From assembly GCF_009914755.1 (NCBI RefSeq), contig NC_060926.1: a DNA stretch of 64,000 nt; one strand, given 5' to 3'. Below are positions 18,778-34,394 of this stretch, piece after piece; position 1 is the stretch's first letter, and each line of letters opens with the position of its first letter. Made by a program: the position numbers and the translations under genes. This DNA comes from the human T2T-CHM13v2.0 reference genome, Homo sapiens. The notes below the pieces were generated by a model, which did not search any database, had not been told where the DNA came from, and worked only from the letters and a program-made list of their open reading frames with translations.

Positions 18778-19438
18778 TATCTATATATATATATCTCAAG
18801 TGGAATTGGGATGGAATAATTTTATATTGTCTGAATAGTGGGAAATTCTTGTCTCTAATACTCTGGGGTTTTCATAGTTCATGAGAAATTATTCTTTTTC
18901 AATAAGTTCTCAAGTACATTTAAACTTGTAAGAGTAAATAAATGTATTTAGTGATTATGTTCTTAACTCTAGTGGGGCTCATATATTTAAAAACTAAACT
19001 GATTTGTTTAGCTATATACTAAGTAGAAAAAACAGGAGCCAAGACACAACTACAATTTATTCCCTTTAACATTATTCATTGGTCTTTCAGTGAGGCATTC
19101 CCACTCACTCTGATTCTGGTAAAATATGGCTCAGGCATAGAACATAGAGAAAAATATCCTAAATTTATAAAGCTTGAAGTAACAGGTTTCTGTTTATGGA
19201 CATAGAAGTGGATCTAAGATTAATAAATAACTAAATGTATAATATTTCTCTTCTAATTTTTCCAAAGTGAAAATGTATGTGAGAAGGGAGAAATTGTTAC
19301 TGATAATTGAAATAATGTGTGCTCATCATTAAATGCCCACTTAAAACACAGTAAAAACATTTTTAAAATAAGAGTCACCCTAAATCTCACCATGCAGATA
19401 TAATCATTGTCATCATTTTGGTGAGTAATTTGCTCAGC

Positions 19439-19443
<5 letters not shown>

Positions 19444-19480
<37 letters not shown>
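19444..19480. repeat. (CA)n microsatellite
   Basis: Perfect AC run visible in sequence. Confidence 0.95.
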
Positions 19481-19484
<4 letters not shown>

Positions 19485-20349
19485 ACCTATAATTTTAAAT
19501 TATCAGAATTATACTCACTAAGTTTTTTATAATCTGCTATTTTTCTTGATATTATGTTATAAATATCCATCATTCATTTTTCTCACTTATTTTTCAATAA
19601 GGTGGAACAAAATCTGTCAGTGGTCAGTAACTGAACATTATCTGATAAGCAGTAACCACTTGGTAAATGCTAGCTAATAGCATTATCACCTAGTACTAAA
19701 TAAAATAAACAAAAAATGAAAACAACTCATTATTTTATTATTTAAAAGTTTTATTATTCACTCAAATGTTTTCATATCTTATTGGTTTGCCAGGTATTAA
19801 CCTGGGAAAGAATGAGGATGTAACAAATATAGACAGATTGTTACAGAGCAATAAAATTAGGAAAAATAATTTACCTAGTTATCATTAGATTTGTATGCAT
19901 TCTTGTGATGCTTGAGAGGTGCCATGGATTAAATCCCAAATTTGCTGCTGGAAATTTTCTTCTAATAACTATGTTGCTTTCCTTGAGTTTTCTCTGGAAA
20001 GTCTACTTATAAACCGTTACCTTTTATTCTTATTTTTACATTTAACTATTTAACTACTTAGCAGTTTGTTATAGCAGAACTTATATCCTATTTATGCAAG
20101 AACAGAAACTTACCCACAATCTTATTTGTTCAATATACCAGAAATCGTTAGAAATTGTTAAGACTATGTTGCTTATCAGTCAGAGGTTTCTAAAAACAGC
20201 CAATACAAAAGGTGGCACACTTAAGCAGCAATGAGACATTTATGAATGAAACTTTTGGCTATAATTTTGTAGATGATATTCAACTGTTCTCTAAATGCCT
20301 ACTTTATGTAGTTCCTCTTTTAAAACAAGGCCAAGAATATTACACTCAC

Positions 20350-21110
20350 TGATTTTTTTATTTCATTCATCATTCATTTATTTAATTATTCAATCACTGA
20401 GTAATAATTATATATTTATTGAAGTCCTTCCATGGACCAGAAATCGTTGTAGGTGTTGTAAATGCAATCCTAACATGACAGACATAATCCTTAAAATCAC
20501 ATATTTGGAGTTAGTAAGAAAAATAGACAAATAAACGAGTAACTAAATATAGTTTGAAAGGCGTAGGTATCTTTGAGAACATTTATGCCCTGAACAGAAT
20601 ACATTGTTGGGAACAGCTTCCTAGAACAAAAGGTTTAAGCTGAGACTAGATGATTGAGTAGGAATTAGTCAGGTTGAGGAAAATAGGATTGCTTCATGTC
20701 AAAGGATAAGCATATATGAGGAATTTAAAGATAGAGAAAGATTTGAAATTGAACAGAAAACACTTCTAATGTCTGGGACTAAATATTCTAGTGGGTAAAT
20801 TGTAAAAAGTAAGATGGAGGTGGGACACAGACGGTACATAAAGACACTTATAAAACCCAGAAAGGAGTTTGAGATTTAGCTTAAGATCAATTGTTAAGTA
20901 ATAATGTGATGTTATCAATTTTGCATTTTAAAAAGATAACTTCACTTACATTTCAGAGATCTTAATTAAAAGATAATTCAATAAGCCATATGAGAGAAAA
21001 TGAGAGCCTGAATATTAATATGTTCTGACAGAGCAGAGAAAGAGCACAGAAGATTTCCAGAAGTTGTGCATTGGATGTGGCAACGTCAGGGAATGGACTG
21101 CAGCTAGCAT
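20350..21110 (-). mobile_element. L2 3' region
   Basis: Starts with (ttca)n-like tail and atatttattga; purine-rich body (gttaagctgagac-like, ggagtttgagatttagcttaag). Probably continues at ~24030-24800. Confidence 0.65.
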
Positions 21111-21139
21111 GCTAGCCAGTATTTATGTAAGAACGAAAA

Positions 21140-22395
21140 TTTTTTTTAAATTTTTTAAAATTGAGGTATAATTTTTTTGCTTAATTAAAGAATAAGTTTT
21201 GAGCATTGAGTTGTACAAAGGTACACAACCATATAACCACCACCACAATTGAGATACCGAATATTTTCATCATCCTAAGTTCCTTAATGCCCATTTCTAG
21301 TCAAATCCTATCTCCTAAATGTGGAGTCCTAAAGGGATAAGGAGTCAGTCTTGGCAAGGAGGGGAAAGCAAAAGGAGGAAGCATATCTGCTTTATGTAAG
21401 TCTGCCTTTTTTCATGGTCCAGGACACATAGCCCTCCCGCGCAAATGACTTGCGATCTTCCTGAGCCCAGCTTATCAGCAGACCCTGATAGAAAAATGCA
21501 AGTTAGCTCGCTATGACCTTGGTATTATCAGTACTGCACGTAGCTCTCTCCAGCACAAGCACCATCCTATAAAATCCCCAGCAAGCCTTTGTCTCCTTGC
21601 CGTCGGCTCCTCTCTTGCTGATCAGGCTGTTGCACACTTACAACATATTTTCATACTTTCTCTAATATATCTGCCTTTCTTTACATACAACTGTCATGGT
21701 AAATTCCTTTACTGCCTGTGACGCTGACCCAGCTACTCATTACCTGTGACACTAAAGATAGCTAGTCTTCTGACTTCACCATAGTTTAATTTTGTTTATG
21801 CTTGAACTTCATATAAATGGAATTATATATTATGTAGTCCTTTAGATCTGGTTTCTTTCACTTAGCTAAATGTTTCTGAGAATTACCCATATTATTGAGA
21901 TACCACAGTCTGTGCTTTTTCATACTGGATGGAGTTTCATTCATCACATTTGTTTATCCGTTCTCTTGTTGCTGGATATTTAGATTGACTTCGCTATTTG
22001 TACACTGTGAAGAAAAATACTGCCCATCTTTTCTCTTGGGTAAATACCTAGGTAGTTACCAGGTCAAAGGTTAGGCATATGTTTAAAGTTACAAGATAAT
22101 GCTAAACTTTCAAAATGATTAACATTTTACAATATAGGCAAGTTCTACTTGCTTCAAATCCTCTTCAATAGTTGGTATACTCAGGCTTTACTTTAGCTAT
22201 TCCAGTGGGTGTGAAGCGGTATCTCAATGTAGTTTAAATTTACATTGAAGATAACTAGTAATAATGAACATCTTTTAATATGATTTTTGCCAATTATAGA
22301 ACTTCTTATATAAACTTCCAATTTAAAGCTTTTGCTATTTTTTACTGAGATATTTATTATATTATTGAGTTGCAATTTTTTAATAATTTCTATAT
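21140..22395 (-). mobile_element. L1MB-like 3' end, interrupted by a MER83-like LTR
   Basis: ttgaggtataatt...accaccaccacaattgagataccgaatatttt; resumes cttgaacttcatataaatggaattata after 21756. Confidence 0.7.
21320..21751 (+). mobile_element. ERV1 solo LTR (MER83-like)
   Basis: tgtggagtcctaaagggataaggagtcag...acctgtgaca; TG...CA termini; TSD ctaaa at 21315-21319 and 21752-21756. Confidence 0.85.
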
Positions 22396-22399
22396 CTCT

Positions 22400-24020
22400 G
22401 AGATTTCCAATCGATTTATTACTTTTTATTTCCTTGAGGTCAGTTATAGTAAGTAATTTAAAATCCTTATTTGGTAATTAAAACAGTTAGGTTATCTTGA
22501 GTTTCGTCTCCACTGATTGCCTTTTCTCTTGATTGTGGGTCATGTTTTTATATTTATTGATATGCCTGGTAATTTTGGATTGTATCCTAAGCATAAAAAA
22601 ATTATATATTGTACAGATTCTGGATTCTTCTCTATTCCCTTCAGGGTTTTAATTTTTTATTAATTATAATAAATAATGGCTCATAATAAGCAGACATCTA
22701 AACTGTAATTTATGTTTATTCTTAACTACTTAGCAGTTTTTGCTATAGGATAATCTACATCCTATTTATGCAGGGACAGAACTAGTTTTAAACTGCTCAC
22801 AATATGATTTGCTTAACATACCAGAAATTGTTAGTAGAAATTGGCCATCCTAAAACTTACAAGCTCTGTTTTCTCTAACGTGGGTGATAGCTGAAATCCA
22901 TGTGTAGCTCTTTTTGTTACTGCTGGGTCGCTTGCAGTCTGTCCTATCAGTGTGTCATTCGGTGACCAGCCAGAGATCCGTTCAGAGGTCAGATACAACT
23001 TGGGGCTGTCACTGTCTCACTTCAGCTGTTGTGACTGTCCATACCTTTACTTTCTCTTTCTTTGAGCAAGTAAGACTAAAGATGTTTTTCTCTATGCTTA
23101 GCTGTCCCTGTGGTAAGTCCAACCTATTTTCAGTAAAGCTGTGAAAAATGGAAAATCTATCCAGTGTGATCCCTTCTTCCAACGGCCTACATCCCTGCAG
23201 TTTTCTGCCTGTTTTTAGTAACCCAGTGCCTTCAGGTAGGTTTTCTATTTGTTTGGTTTGGAGTTTTAAATAGAAGTTGTTGTTATCTTCGGAAGAGTTG
23301 ATTCAATAGAATCTACTCAGTAATTGCCAGACAGGAAACCTGCAGGCTTAACTGTAAGCTTTGCAAGAGTGGGTCTATTTTGTTTTTTTGTTTGTTTGTT
23401 TGTTTTTCTTCTGTCCTAGGGAGACTATTTTAGTCCAGGATGTAGTCTTCACTCCTAAAGTAGCTTTCCTAGAGTTTCAATACACAGTTGTTTATCAAGT
23501 GCTTCTGCTTTGTCAGGATTCCAACTCTTTTTCCCTGAAATGGGCAACAGGTGAAATCTCTATTTAACTCTTTTAACCTTGTAGCTGTTTGTTTTTGAAT
23601 TTTTTTCACTTGGGATTTTTGCAGCTCTGGAAGAATTCATATTTCAGGGGAGCTTATATACCCATTGGAGCTTCCCATTTTGTGGATCTGTCCTTTTGAA
23701 AATTTCCACTCTCAGTTTCCAACCACCCTTGTAGCACTGCCTTCTACCCTTCTACTTCTCAAGCACATGACTTCAGATTTCTACTTAAGTCCTAGCCACT
23801 CATGACACTGGGGCTCTGGAGTGCCTTCAGGAGAAAAGCCCTATAAGTGTAAATCTCACCCAGTCTGTTTTTCTTCTTTCAAGGATTGAATCTTTTCCAG
23901 TTCTCTCTGATGTTTGTCATTTTTAGGGCCATCACACAGTTATTTTTGTATGTTTCTACAGTTTATAATAGTTGTCTGTAGGAGAGTTTGTTGGATATAA
24001 GCCGCTAGTGAAAATGGAAT
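22400..24020 (-). mobile_element. Ancient L1M 5' region
   Basis: ctccactgattgccttttctcttgattgtgggtcatg; tgcctggtaattttggattgtatcct; tttataatagttgtctgtaggagagtt are typical of L1ME 5' ends. Confidence 0.55.
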
Positions 24021-24309
24021 TCATTTCCTTTGCCTTTAAGGTGGACAGAATTAAGCATACTTAAATGATGATGAGAAAGAGGTACGAAGAAATAAGTAGG
24101 AAAGATACAGGATAACGAGACTTAAAAGTAATCGAAACTAGAAATGAGCACCTGAAAGGCAGGAGGGAATAGAATTCAAAATATAGGTGAAAGGATGAGC
24201 TTTTCATGTTGTACCAAGAAGGATACCTTTTCCTTTAAAACAGAAGGGAATAAATATTTAAGAAGTCGGGCTTGTAGAAATGGATGGCATAAACAACAGT
24301 GACAATCAC

Positions 24310-24552
24310 AATAATTTTAATTTATACTATTTAATGAGGATCTACTATGTACTAAGCACTATTTTGAACATTTAAAATGCACGTTCATTTAATCCTCAAA
24401 ATAATTCAATGAAGAAAATAATTTTATTATCATTATTATATAGAAGCTAAAACTCTTTCAGAAAGGTTAAGTTACCTCCCCAAGGCCAAGGCCATATGCT
24501 TAGTAGGGCTAGGATTTGAACATAGGTCTGACTCTGGAGTCCATGTTCTGAG
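24310..24552 (-). mobile_element. MIR
   Basis: tactatgtactaagcact...catttaatcctcaaaataa...aggttaagttacctccccaagg...ggatttgaacataggtctgactctggagtcc. Confidence 0.8.
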
Positions 24553-24804
24553 TAGTTTCCCAATAGGAAGTCAAGTGATTGTGCGACAGCTTCTGTTTTC
24601 TTTATTAAATTCTGGTGTTAATGCTATAAACGAAAGATTCAGTGCCTGATATTTGAGAATAGTAAAATGGCATCTCTGAAGAATGCAAGAAAAGGTAGCA
24701 AAGTAGGGAAACACAGAAAGATTGCTAGACAATGCTAAGGACTGTGTTGCAGGTAGAGACCAAAAGTGTTACAATTTTGCTTGTGTGTCATTTTTTCCAT
24801 TGAA

Positions 24805-27140
<2,336 letters not shown>

Positions 27141-27611
27141 TTTTACAACAGAAGAGGAATGATCTTCTGGAAGTGGCTATATATGAGATGTGGTCTTATT
27201 TCCTGACTTCGAAGTATTTTATGAGAACGTAAGGAAAATCAATATTGCTTCTTTGTGGCCTAACTCAGGATGGAGAAACGAGGGAAGTTAGTGAACTCAG
27301 AGGAATGAGTACTTAATGAATCTCTATGCCACCTCTTAAACATTAGCTCTCTCAAGTGAACATCTGGCAAGTATTAAGTTACAATTAATTCATGATTGAA
27401 TTCTGTACACGTGTCTGAAGCGCTAATATTCCATGTAATTAGAGGGAGATTTGTGTCCTTTAGATACCGGATATGCAGGTGGTAGAATTAGTACTTGTTG
27501 AAAAAATGTTAAAGTATTACTTTTATTCTTGTCTAAAGAGGCCATTCTGTGTGAACAGAGTGGCAGTATATAAATAAATATATATATTTTATATATATAT
27601 ATATTTCTGAC

Positions 27612-27674
<63 letters not shown>
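27612..27674. repeat. Compound (TG)n(TA)n microsatellite
   Basis: Visible directly in sequence. Confidence 0.95.
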
Positions 27675-28465
27675 ATGTATATTAGATGAACTGGGTGCTT
27701 GCCCACCTGCCATAATAAATAAAAACTTGAGAGGTAACTGGATCATAGATACTTTTAAAAAGATATATATATATATATCTTTCAAAACAAGGGACATGCA
27801 CACACATACAAAAAAACTTAGGTTCTACCCAATATTGTTAAAAATTTTAAATATTGTTAAAAAACATAAAATATTGTTTCCACAGAGGAACTAAACCAGC
27901 TAGTGTATCAGAGTACCAGTTGAAATTCCTTAAATAACTCATATCTCCCCCATACTCAAGGGGAAAAACAGATCTTTTTATTGCACCATTCTTAGGAATT
28001 TATTTGTGGTACTAGTTAGTCGAAAGTTGAATCTCCTTTTTCTAGTTGTAACTATGTCATTATTATGAACAGTCATAAAACACACAGAGAAAAGTAAAAA
28101 TATTGCTCACATTCGTAAAGCACACTTTGTAATTTTTTACACATAACTTCTGTGGTATCTTACCTCACCTCAATCCTTACAATAATCTTTGATGGTAGAT
28201 GTTACAGTTCCCACTTTAAACATTTTCCAGCCTTCATCAGAAAAATGAAAATCAGGTTAAAATGATTTCAGGTATTTTAAAGATTGGCATCCAAATAATT
28301 TATTTCTATAAAATGAAATGTTAAAATATAATACATGATTTGAAAAGTTATATATTTCTTAGGTTTCTGGTGAGATGAATGTAGAATATAGCCATGATCA
28401 AAGGAAAAAAGTAGAGACTAAAACTTGGTTGGTCTTTACACTTAAATATAATCATGCCTATGAAG

Positions 28466-28580
28466 ACAGTATGCATCGTGGCTAAAAGCACAGACTATAA
28501 ACCCAGACTGGCCTATTTTTAAATTCTAGTTCTGCCTGCACTTCCCTCATAACCTTGGCCAGGTTATTTAACCTTTGGAC
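28466..28580 (+). mobile_element. MIR 5' part (continues ~28990-29095 after the LTR)
   Basis: gtggctaaaagcacagact...aaattctagttctgcc...accttggccaggttatttaacct. Confidence 0.65.
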
Positions 28581-28588
28581 GTGGAGGT

Positions 28589-28980
28589 TGTTAAATAAAA
28601 TTAAATTTAGCCTAAAACTTCCTCAGTACTTTGAATTCTTACATCGTGAACTCCAGCCTAACTAAGTATATAAGCAAACTGAACCCCACTTAGTATATTC
28701 TTGTAATAAGTAGCTGAGTCTCAACCAGTCGCAGCTGAGCTTCAGTCATTCATAGGCTGCCAACTGACTAGAAGAAGTCCCTGTAAGGCAAATTCTACAC
28801 TGTAACTAATTAAGCTGTTTCTGTATAACTTTCTTTTTCTGTCTATAAACACTGCCTGCCCACAATGCTGGGCAGAACATTTTGAACTTCTCCTGGTTCT
28901 AATTGCTGCCCAATTCATAAATCATACTTTGCTCAAACAAACTCTGCCATATTTAATTTTTCCAAAGTTTTTCTCTTAAG
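28589..28980 (+). mobile_element. MER57-family ERV1 solo LTR
   Basis: tgttaaataaaattaaatttagcctaaa...gctgagtctcaaccagtc...tttgctcaaacaaactctg...aaagtttttctcttaa. Confidence 0.75.
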
Positions 28981-31900
28981 TTAATATAGGACTATTTTTT
29001 AATTTGTCAAATGGAGTTCATAGAGTTAAGATGAAAATTAGAGTATACAAGATGCTGTTCATCTAGTAAAATTTGACAGAGGTTATTAATATTATGCATA
29101 TAGATTTTAGAACAAAATATTTCCTTTATTCTCACTTCTTTTTATTCATTATTTGATAGATATTGAAAATTACTTACAAATAAGTTAGATGAAGATTGGT
29201 GTTATATCCCTAGGTGTTGTCTTATGGCACTGTGGCTTTAAATACTATGAAAAAAGGACTAAATAAAGGTGAGCTATTTGTTAGTCGTTGCTTTTTATCT
29301 CAAGAATTCAACACTACCATGCATTTAACAAGCTACAAAAGTACCATGGATTATGATGCCATAAAGCTAATTTCTTTTTCTAACTTTTTAAACCAAATGA
29401 AAATATTGCTTTGATTTTCTATATGCAAAGAATTAAGGTTCTATTGCAAGCATTCAATTTCTCAAACTGAAGGACAAGTAGTTAATTTATGAAACATTTA
29501 TTACCTTAATACATTTACTAAGCTTATCTAAAAAGAAAGCTTAAAAAATTTAATCTGAGCTACACAATTAATGAAAAGATTACTAAAAGTCACTCAAAAT
29601 ATTAAATTGACTCTCATTCACTTTATTTGTATTGAATCAATATTCATTTTCCTCATTTCATGCTATAATATAGACAAATTACAATATGCTCTAATTAGCA
29701 TAAACTGTATGCTAAATATATTAAATAACAAATGAAAACCGTATTTTTGTTGTTCTCCAAATCAAAAATCTAAATTGACAGATGAATTTTAATGTAAATA
29801 ATGAAGTTCTGAGGAAGCATAATTAACATGAGTCATGCACTCAAACTTAATAGCTTAATTATTTCTTAGACACAATGGAAAATAATTGTAGTTTAAAATC
29901 TATAGTTACCTTATTTCTCTGTGTAATCAATAAACGTATTTGCCAATGCAATATTAATGTAACAGATGAGATTTAAAACTACTTAATTAAATTGCATCGC
30001 ATAGTCTTAGCAATTCATTTCTTTAGCCACAATTGGATAACACCTCTACTTTAAAACGTTATTGTTACATTATGCTTCAAAACATAATCTATGAATATGT
30101 CTTCCAATATTAGTTTTGGATGGTAAACTTTATTATAAGGGCAATTGTTTTTAAGCTTTACATTTAGATTGTTTTTCTACTAAATTATTACATTTCTTGC
30201 TTGTTATTTGTGTGGTTAGCTAAATCAAGGTAAAAAGAGATGTGATGAAAATAATTTGCTGGTATCATAGAAAGAAGTAAGAAAATGAAAACCTAGAGGA
30301 AAATGTGGTATCTATAGCAACAGATTTAGTATAAATTAGAAGAGTCCTTTCTCCTTCACTTGGCCAGACAAAACATGGTACATAAGTAATCAAAAACCAA
30401 TGGCAATAAAAAAAATGCATCAGCATCTATTCTATGCGAGACACAATGCTAAATGCTAGCTGCCAATCTAGTTAAGGAAAAGAAACACACATGGGATTTG
30501 GGCGAAGAGAACATACTGAGGAACCATGGGAATAAATGTATGAAATGTATAAAGTCATATTAGAGAAGACTTGAAATGGAGCAATTAACATTTATTGAAT
30601 GTTTTCTATAATCTAGGCACCAAGCTGTGTTCTTGAATTCACAAGACACATCTTCAATTCATTGATGAGGAAGCTGAAGTCCAAATGCTTAAGTGATATT
30701 TTATCAGGGCATAATGCATGCAGGGAGACAATGTCTCATTTTCTGATGTTGATTTTATCACCCAAAGTGATGTTTAATTTCTGTATTCTGTGATCCCTAT
30801 AATTTCCTTTGCAACTGTTAACCAATATGTTAGGAGACATTTTAAGACACTGCGAATATCTTGTACCTCACCAAAATTTCCTTCTAGAGTTAATGTCCAT
30901 TGATGATTCTTGCCTGAACTAATCTTTGTTATGATTATATGGTTTATATATACAATTGTATGTTGTTGTCAAATGGTTATTTCCCAATGTTAGCATTCTT
31001 TCAACACTTGCCACTCAGCTCTTCTATAGCGATCTTTACCCTGTAGAGCCATATCCCAATACAATATGGCATATTTAGTGGTGGTATGGATAAACTGATA
31101 GCTGTATAAAAGGAATGGGTGAATGAATAAGTAAATAAGTGGAAAATAAATGGAAAAGCAAAGGTTCAGTAATGCAATGAGAGCTGAGAAATATCTACAA
31201 TTAGGAAGAAAATGGAAATGCAAGAGACCTAAAATAAACATGGTATCAAAATGATTGGAGGAACATGAAGATAGTGATCCATACAGTCCACACCACAAGA
31301 GAGGTTCACAAAGGAAAGCTTGGTCAACAAACTAAGAGACCAGAGGTCCAGTCAAAGTGCCAGGAGAGGTGGCTATAAATGGAGTGCTGGAAATTTAAAA
31401 CCAGCATTTTTTAGAAGAGGGGTGTCAGGTGTAAAATTGCAGAAGTCATAGTTGATAAAAAATGGGAAGAAAAATGCTGGAATATTGACATGTTTTCAGT
31501 GAAATAAAAGACAAAAGTTGATAACCAGGGGCAAGTCTAGCAGAGAAAAGGAAGGATTCTTTGGAGTTTGTTTTCTGGTTGTTGTGTATTAAGATAAAAA
31601 AAATACGATGTATTAAGTTAGGAGTGGCTCAACATAAACAATACAGAGCAAAGCTCTCAGGTGTCAGGAAATGATGGGATGAAAAGTTACTTGATTATGG
31701 GTTATAAAGATCAGCACACCTTCCCTTGCAATTATTTTTTCAGAAAATAAAATATCAGGTTAAGAAGAATAAATCCAAGACATTCCATCTTTTCAATGAA
31801 GCCAAAGGTGAGCTCATAAATAAATAGTGTATGTGTGTGGAATAAGAGAAGCTGGAAATTATATGGATAGAATTATTCTGGGGGATTCAGCAATAAATTC

Positions 31901-32660
31901 GCAAGCAGGAGGACTACCATTGAGTTGGTCTCTGTAAGGTGAGAAATCCACGTTTGTCTATCTCCTTCTGAGATTACTTTGTGACCCCGAACAAGAACAG
32001 AAAGCAAGTATGAAATTATAAGGCCAAGGATTTAGAACAAATGTGGTAAAAAGAGGAATCACGTAGATGAACATGAAGTTCAGGCTGCTGCTGAAGTCTC
32101 AATTACCTGAGAATGGGTAATAGGGAAAATTTAGATAATTTAGGATTTAAGGAGTTTCCTTACTATTTATCTAATTATGTATGTAAGTTACCTTTTACAT
32201 TTATAGTGTGGATACATATATAGTTGTGTATAGTTGTATAGGCATATGTGCTTATATAAACAGCTAAATAATGTAACTAAATATGGTGTTTTTGTCCCTG
32301 AAACTGCACTAATACATATAAGTATATTGCATATTGAAGGATATTGTTCACTTAATGCATACGCACTTGAGTCAGGGATACCTGTGACCATCCATGTCAT
32401 CTTCACTTTCCCTGCTATGCTTTGCTGATATTTTATTAACCCTCATGCAGAAGAATGACAGGAGCATGACTGCTGCCAACGGGAGGCCATAGACTGAGAC
32501 CATAGGCAGGTAACTGCTGCCCAAAACTTCTGCTTTACAGGAGGAATAATACAGTGAGAATGATGGATATAAACTGTCTAATTATCGGAGGTAGTGTTGC
32601 ATGATACTTCAGATAGCAGTTGGTTTTGGAATGACTTGGGCTCACCATCGATTTGCTATA

Positions 32661-33020
32661 CAGTAGTCTCTCTTCAGCCACAGTTTTGCTTTTCATGCTG
32701 TCAGTTACCTGCAGTTAACTGTGGTCCAAAAATTAGAGGTAAAAAATTCCGGAAATAAAAAATTCATGTTTTCAATTGTGCACTGTTCTGAGTACTGTGA
32801 TGAAATCCCCACACCAACCCACTCCATCTCATCCAAGACGTGAATCATCCCTTTGCTCAGCCTATCTATACTGTATATGCTACCCACCTGTTAGTCACTT
32901 AGTGGCTGAGGATAATCAGATTGAAAAATCATAGAATATATAGAGTTTGGTACTGTTCGTGGTTTCAGGTATCCCTGTGGGCTCTTGGAACATATTCCCT
33001 ATGGATAGGGGAGACTACTG
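32661..33020 (+). mobile_element. MER44A-like (Tigger7) MITE
   Basis: Terminal inverted repeats cagtagtctc...gagactactg with TA duplication on both sides. Confidence 0.85.
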
Positions 33021-33060
33021 TACAACAGTGGATGGCATTACCTCATGGGAAATAGTAATT

Positions 33061-33423
33061 TGCTATGTTTTGAATGTGTCCCCAAAATGTGTTGGAAATT
33101 TAATTTCCAGTGCAGCAGTGTTGAGAAGCGGAAACTTTAAGAGGTGATTAGGTCATGAGGGCCCTGCTCTCATGAATGGATTAATGTCATTCTCCAAGGG
33201 GTGGGTTTATTATAAAAGTGAGATTGACCCTCTCTCACACTCCCTCTCATACATGTGATACCTTCTACCATGTTATGTCACAGCAAGAAAGACCTCACTA
33301 GATGTCAGACCTTCAATCTTGGACTTCCAATCCTCAATAATCATGAGTCAAATCAATTTCTATTCATTGTAAATTACCCAGTGTCTTGTATTCCATTATA
33401 GCAGCACTAAATGGATTAAGACA
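33061..33423 (+). mobile_element. MSTD-like MaLR solo LTR
   Basis: tgctatgttttgaatgtgtcccc...gaggtgattaggtcatgagggc...gattaagaca. Confidence 0.85.
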
Positions 33424-33472
33424 TAACCCATTAGTTTCATTCATTAGTTAGGGAAAAGAAATCAAAATTTCA

Positions 33473-33768
<296 letters not shown>

Positions 33769-34362
33769 TCAAAATTTCAGTTAGACAGAGGGACATTGAA
33801 CATTTTCACATATATGAAAATACATATATTTAAATAGGCTAACTTGGGAATTACTTTTAGCTATTAAAAGTATTCGCTAGTTTACATACAAAACATTTAT
33901 CTTTATTTATTTACTTTTTTTTGGCAGAGTAGAGGTGGCATTTATATTTGGTAATCATGTAGTTTTTTAAACGTCTAAGCAATTTTTAAAACACTTAATG
34001 TAAAATATTTTTAGTTATTCAAGTCAAGAGAACTTCTAAGTTTGAAATACATTAGCTAATTGCAGCCAATTTTTAAATGTTATTGTTTAATAACTAATTC
34101 TTGAGTATACTGGGAAAATGGTATGAAAAATGTAAAATTTAAAAAGTCAAAATATCATCTTCAACATGTAGGGAAATAAAATTGTTTCTGTAGTGTTGAC
34201 TATACTTAATTAAAAATACCTAATCTAAGCAATGTCTCCTCCTCCTATTCCCCATTGCAAGGACAAGAACAAAGTTAAATCAGAACATCACATACACAAG
34301 GTACATCTCATGTTCTAAAAATCTAAAAACAGTAGAACCAGAACTGAAGAAAGAGTATTTGC

Positions 34363-34394
34363 ATACCATCTAGTGGTCACTTTAAAGAACAGCA
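34363..34394 (-). promoter_or_regulatory. Candidate CTCF site (core plus upstream module)
   Basis: Minus strand reads tgctgttc-N10-ccactagatggta. Motif match only; no binding data. Confidence 0.45.

Noticed and set aside
27831-27878. Three spaced copies of aatattgtt, superficially array-like
   Set aside because: Low-complexity AT-rich tandem slippage; not CRISPR-like, and this is a eukaryotic context with no cas genes.
27423-27894. ORFs with YIYIYI runs
   Set aside because: Translation of the TA/TG microsatellite.
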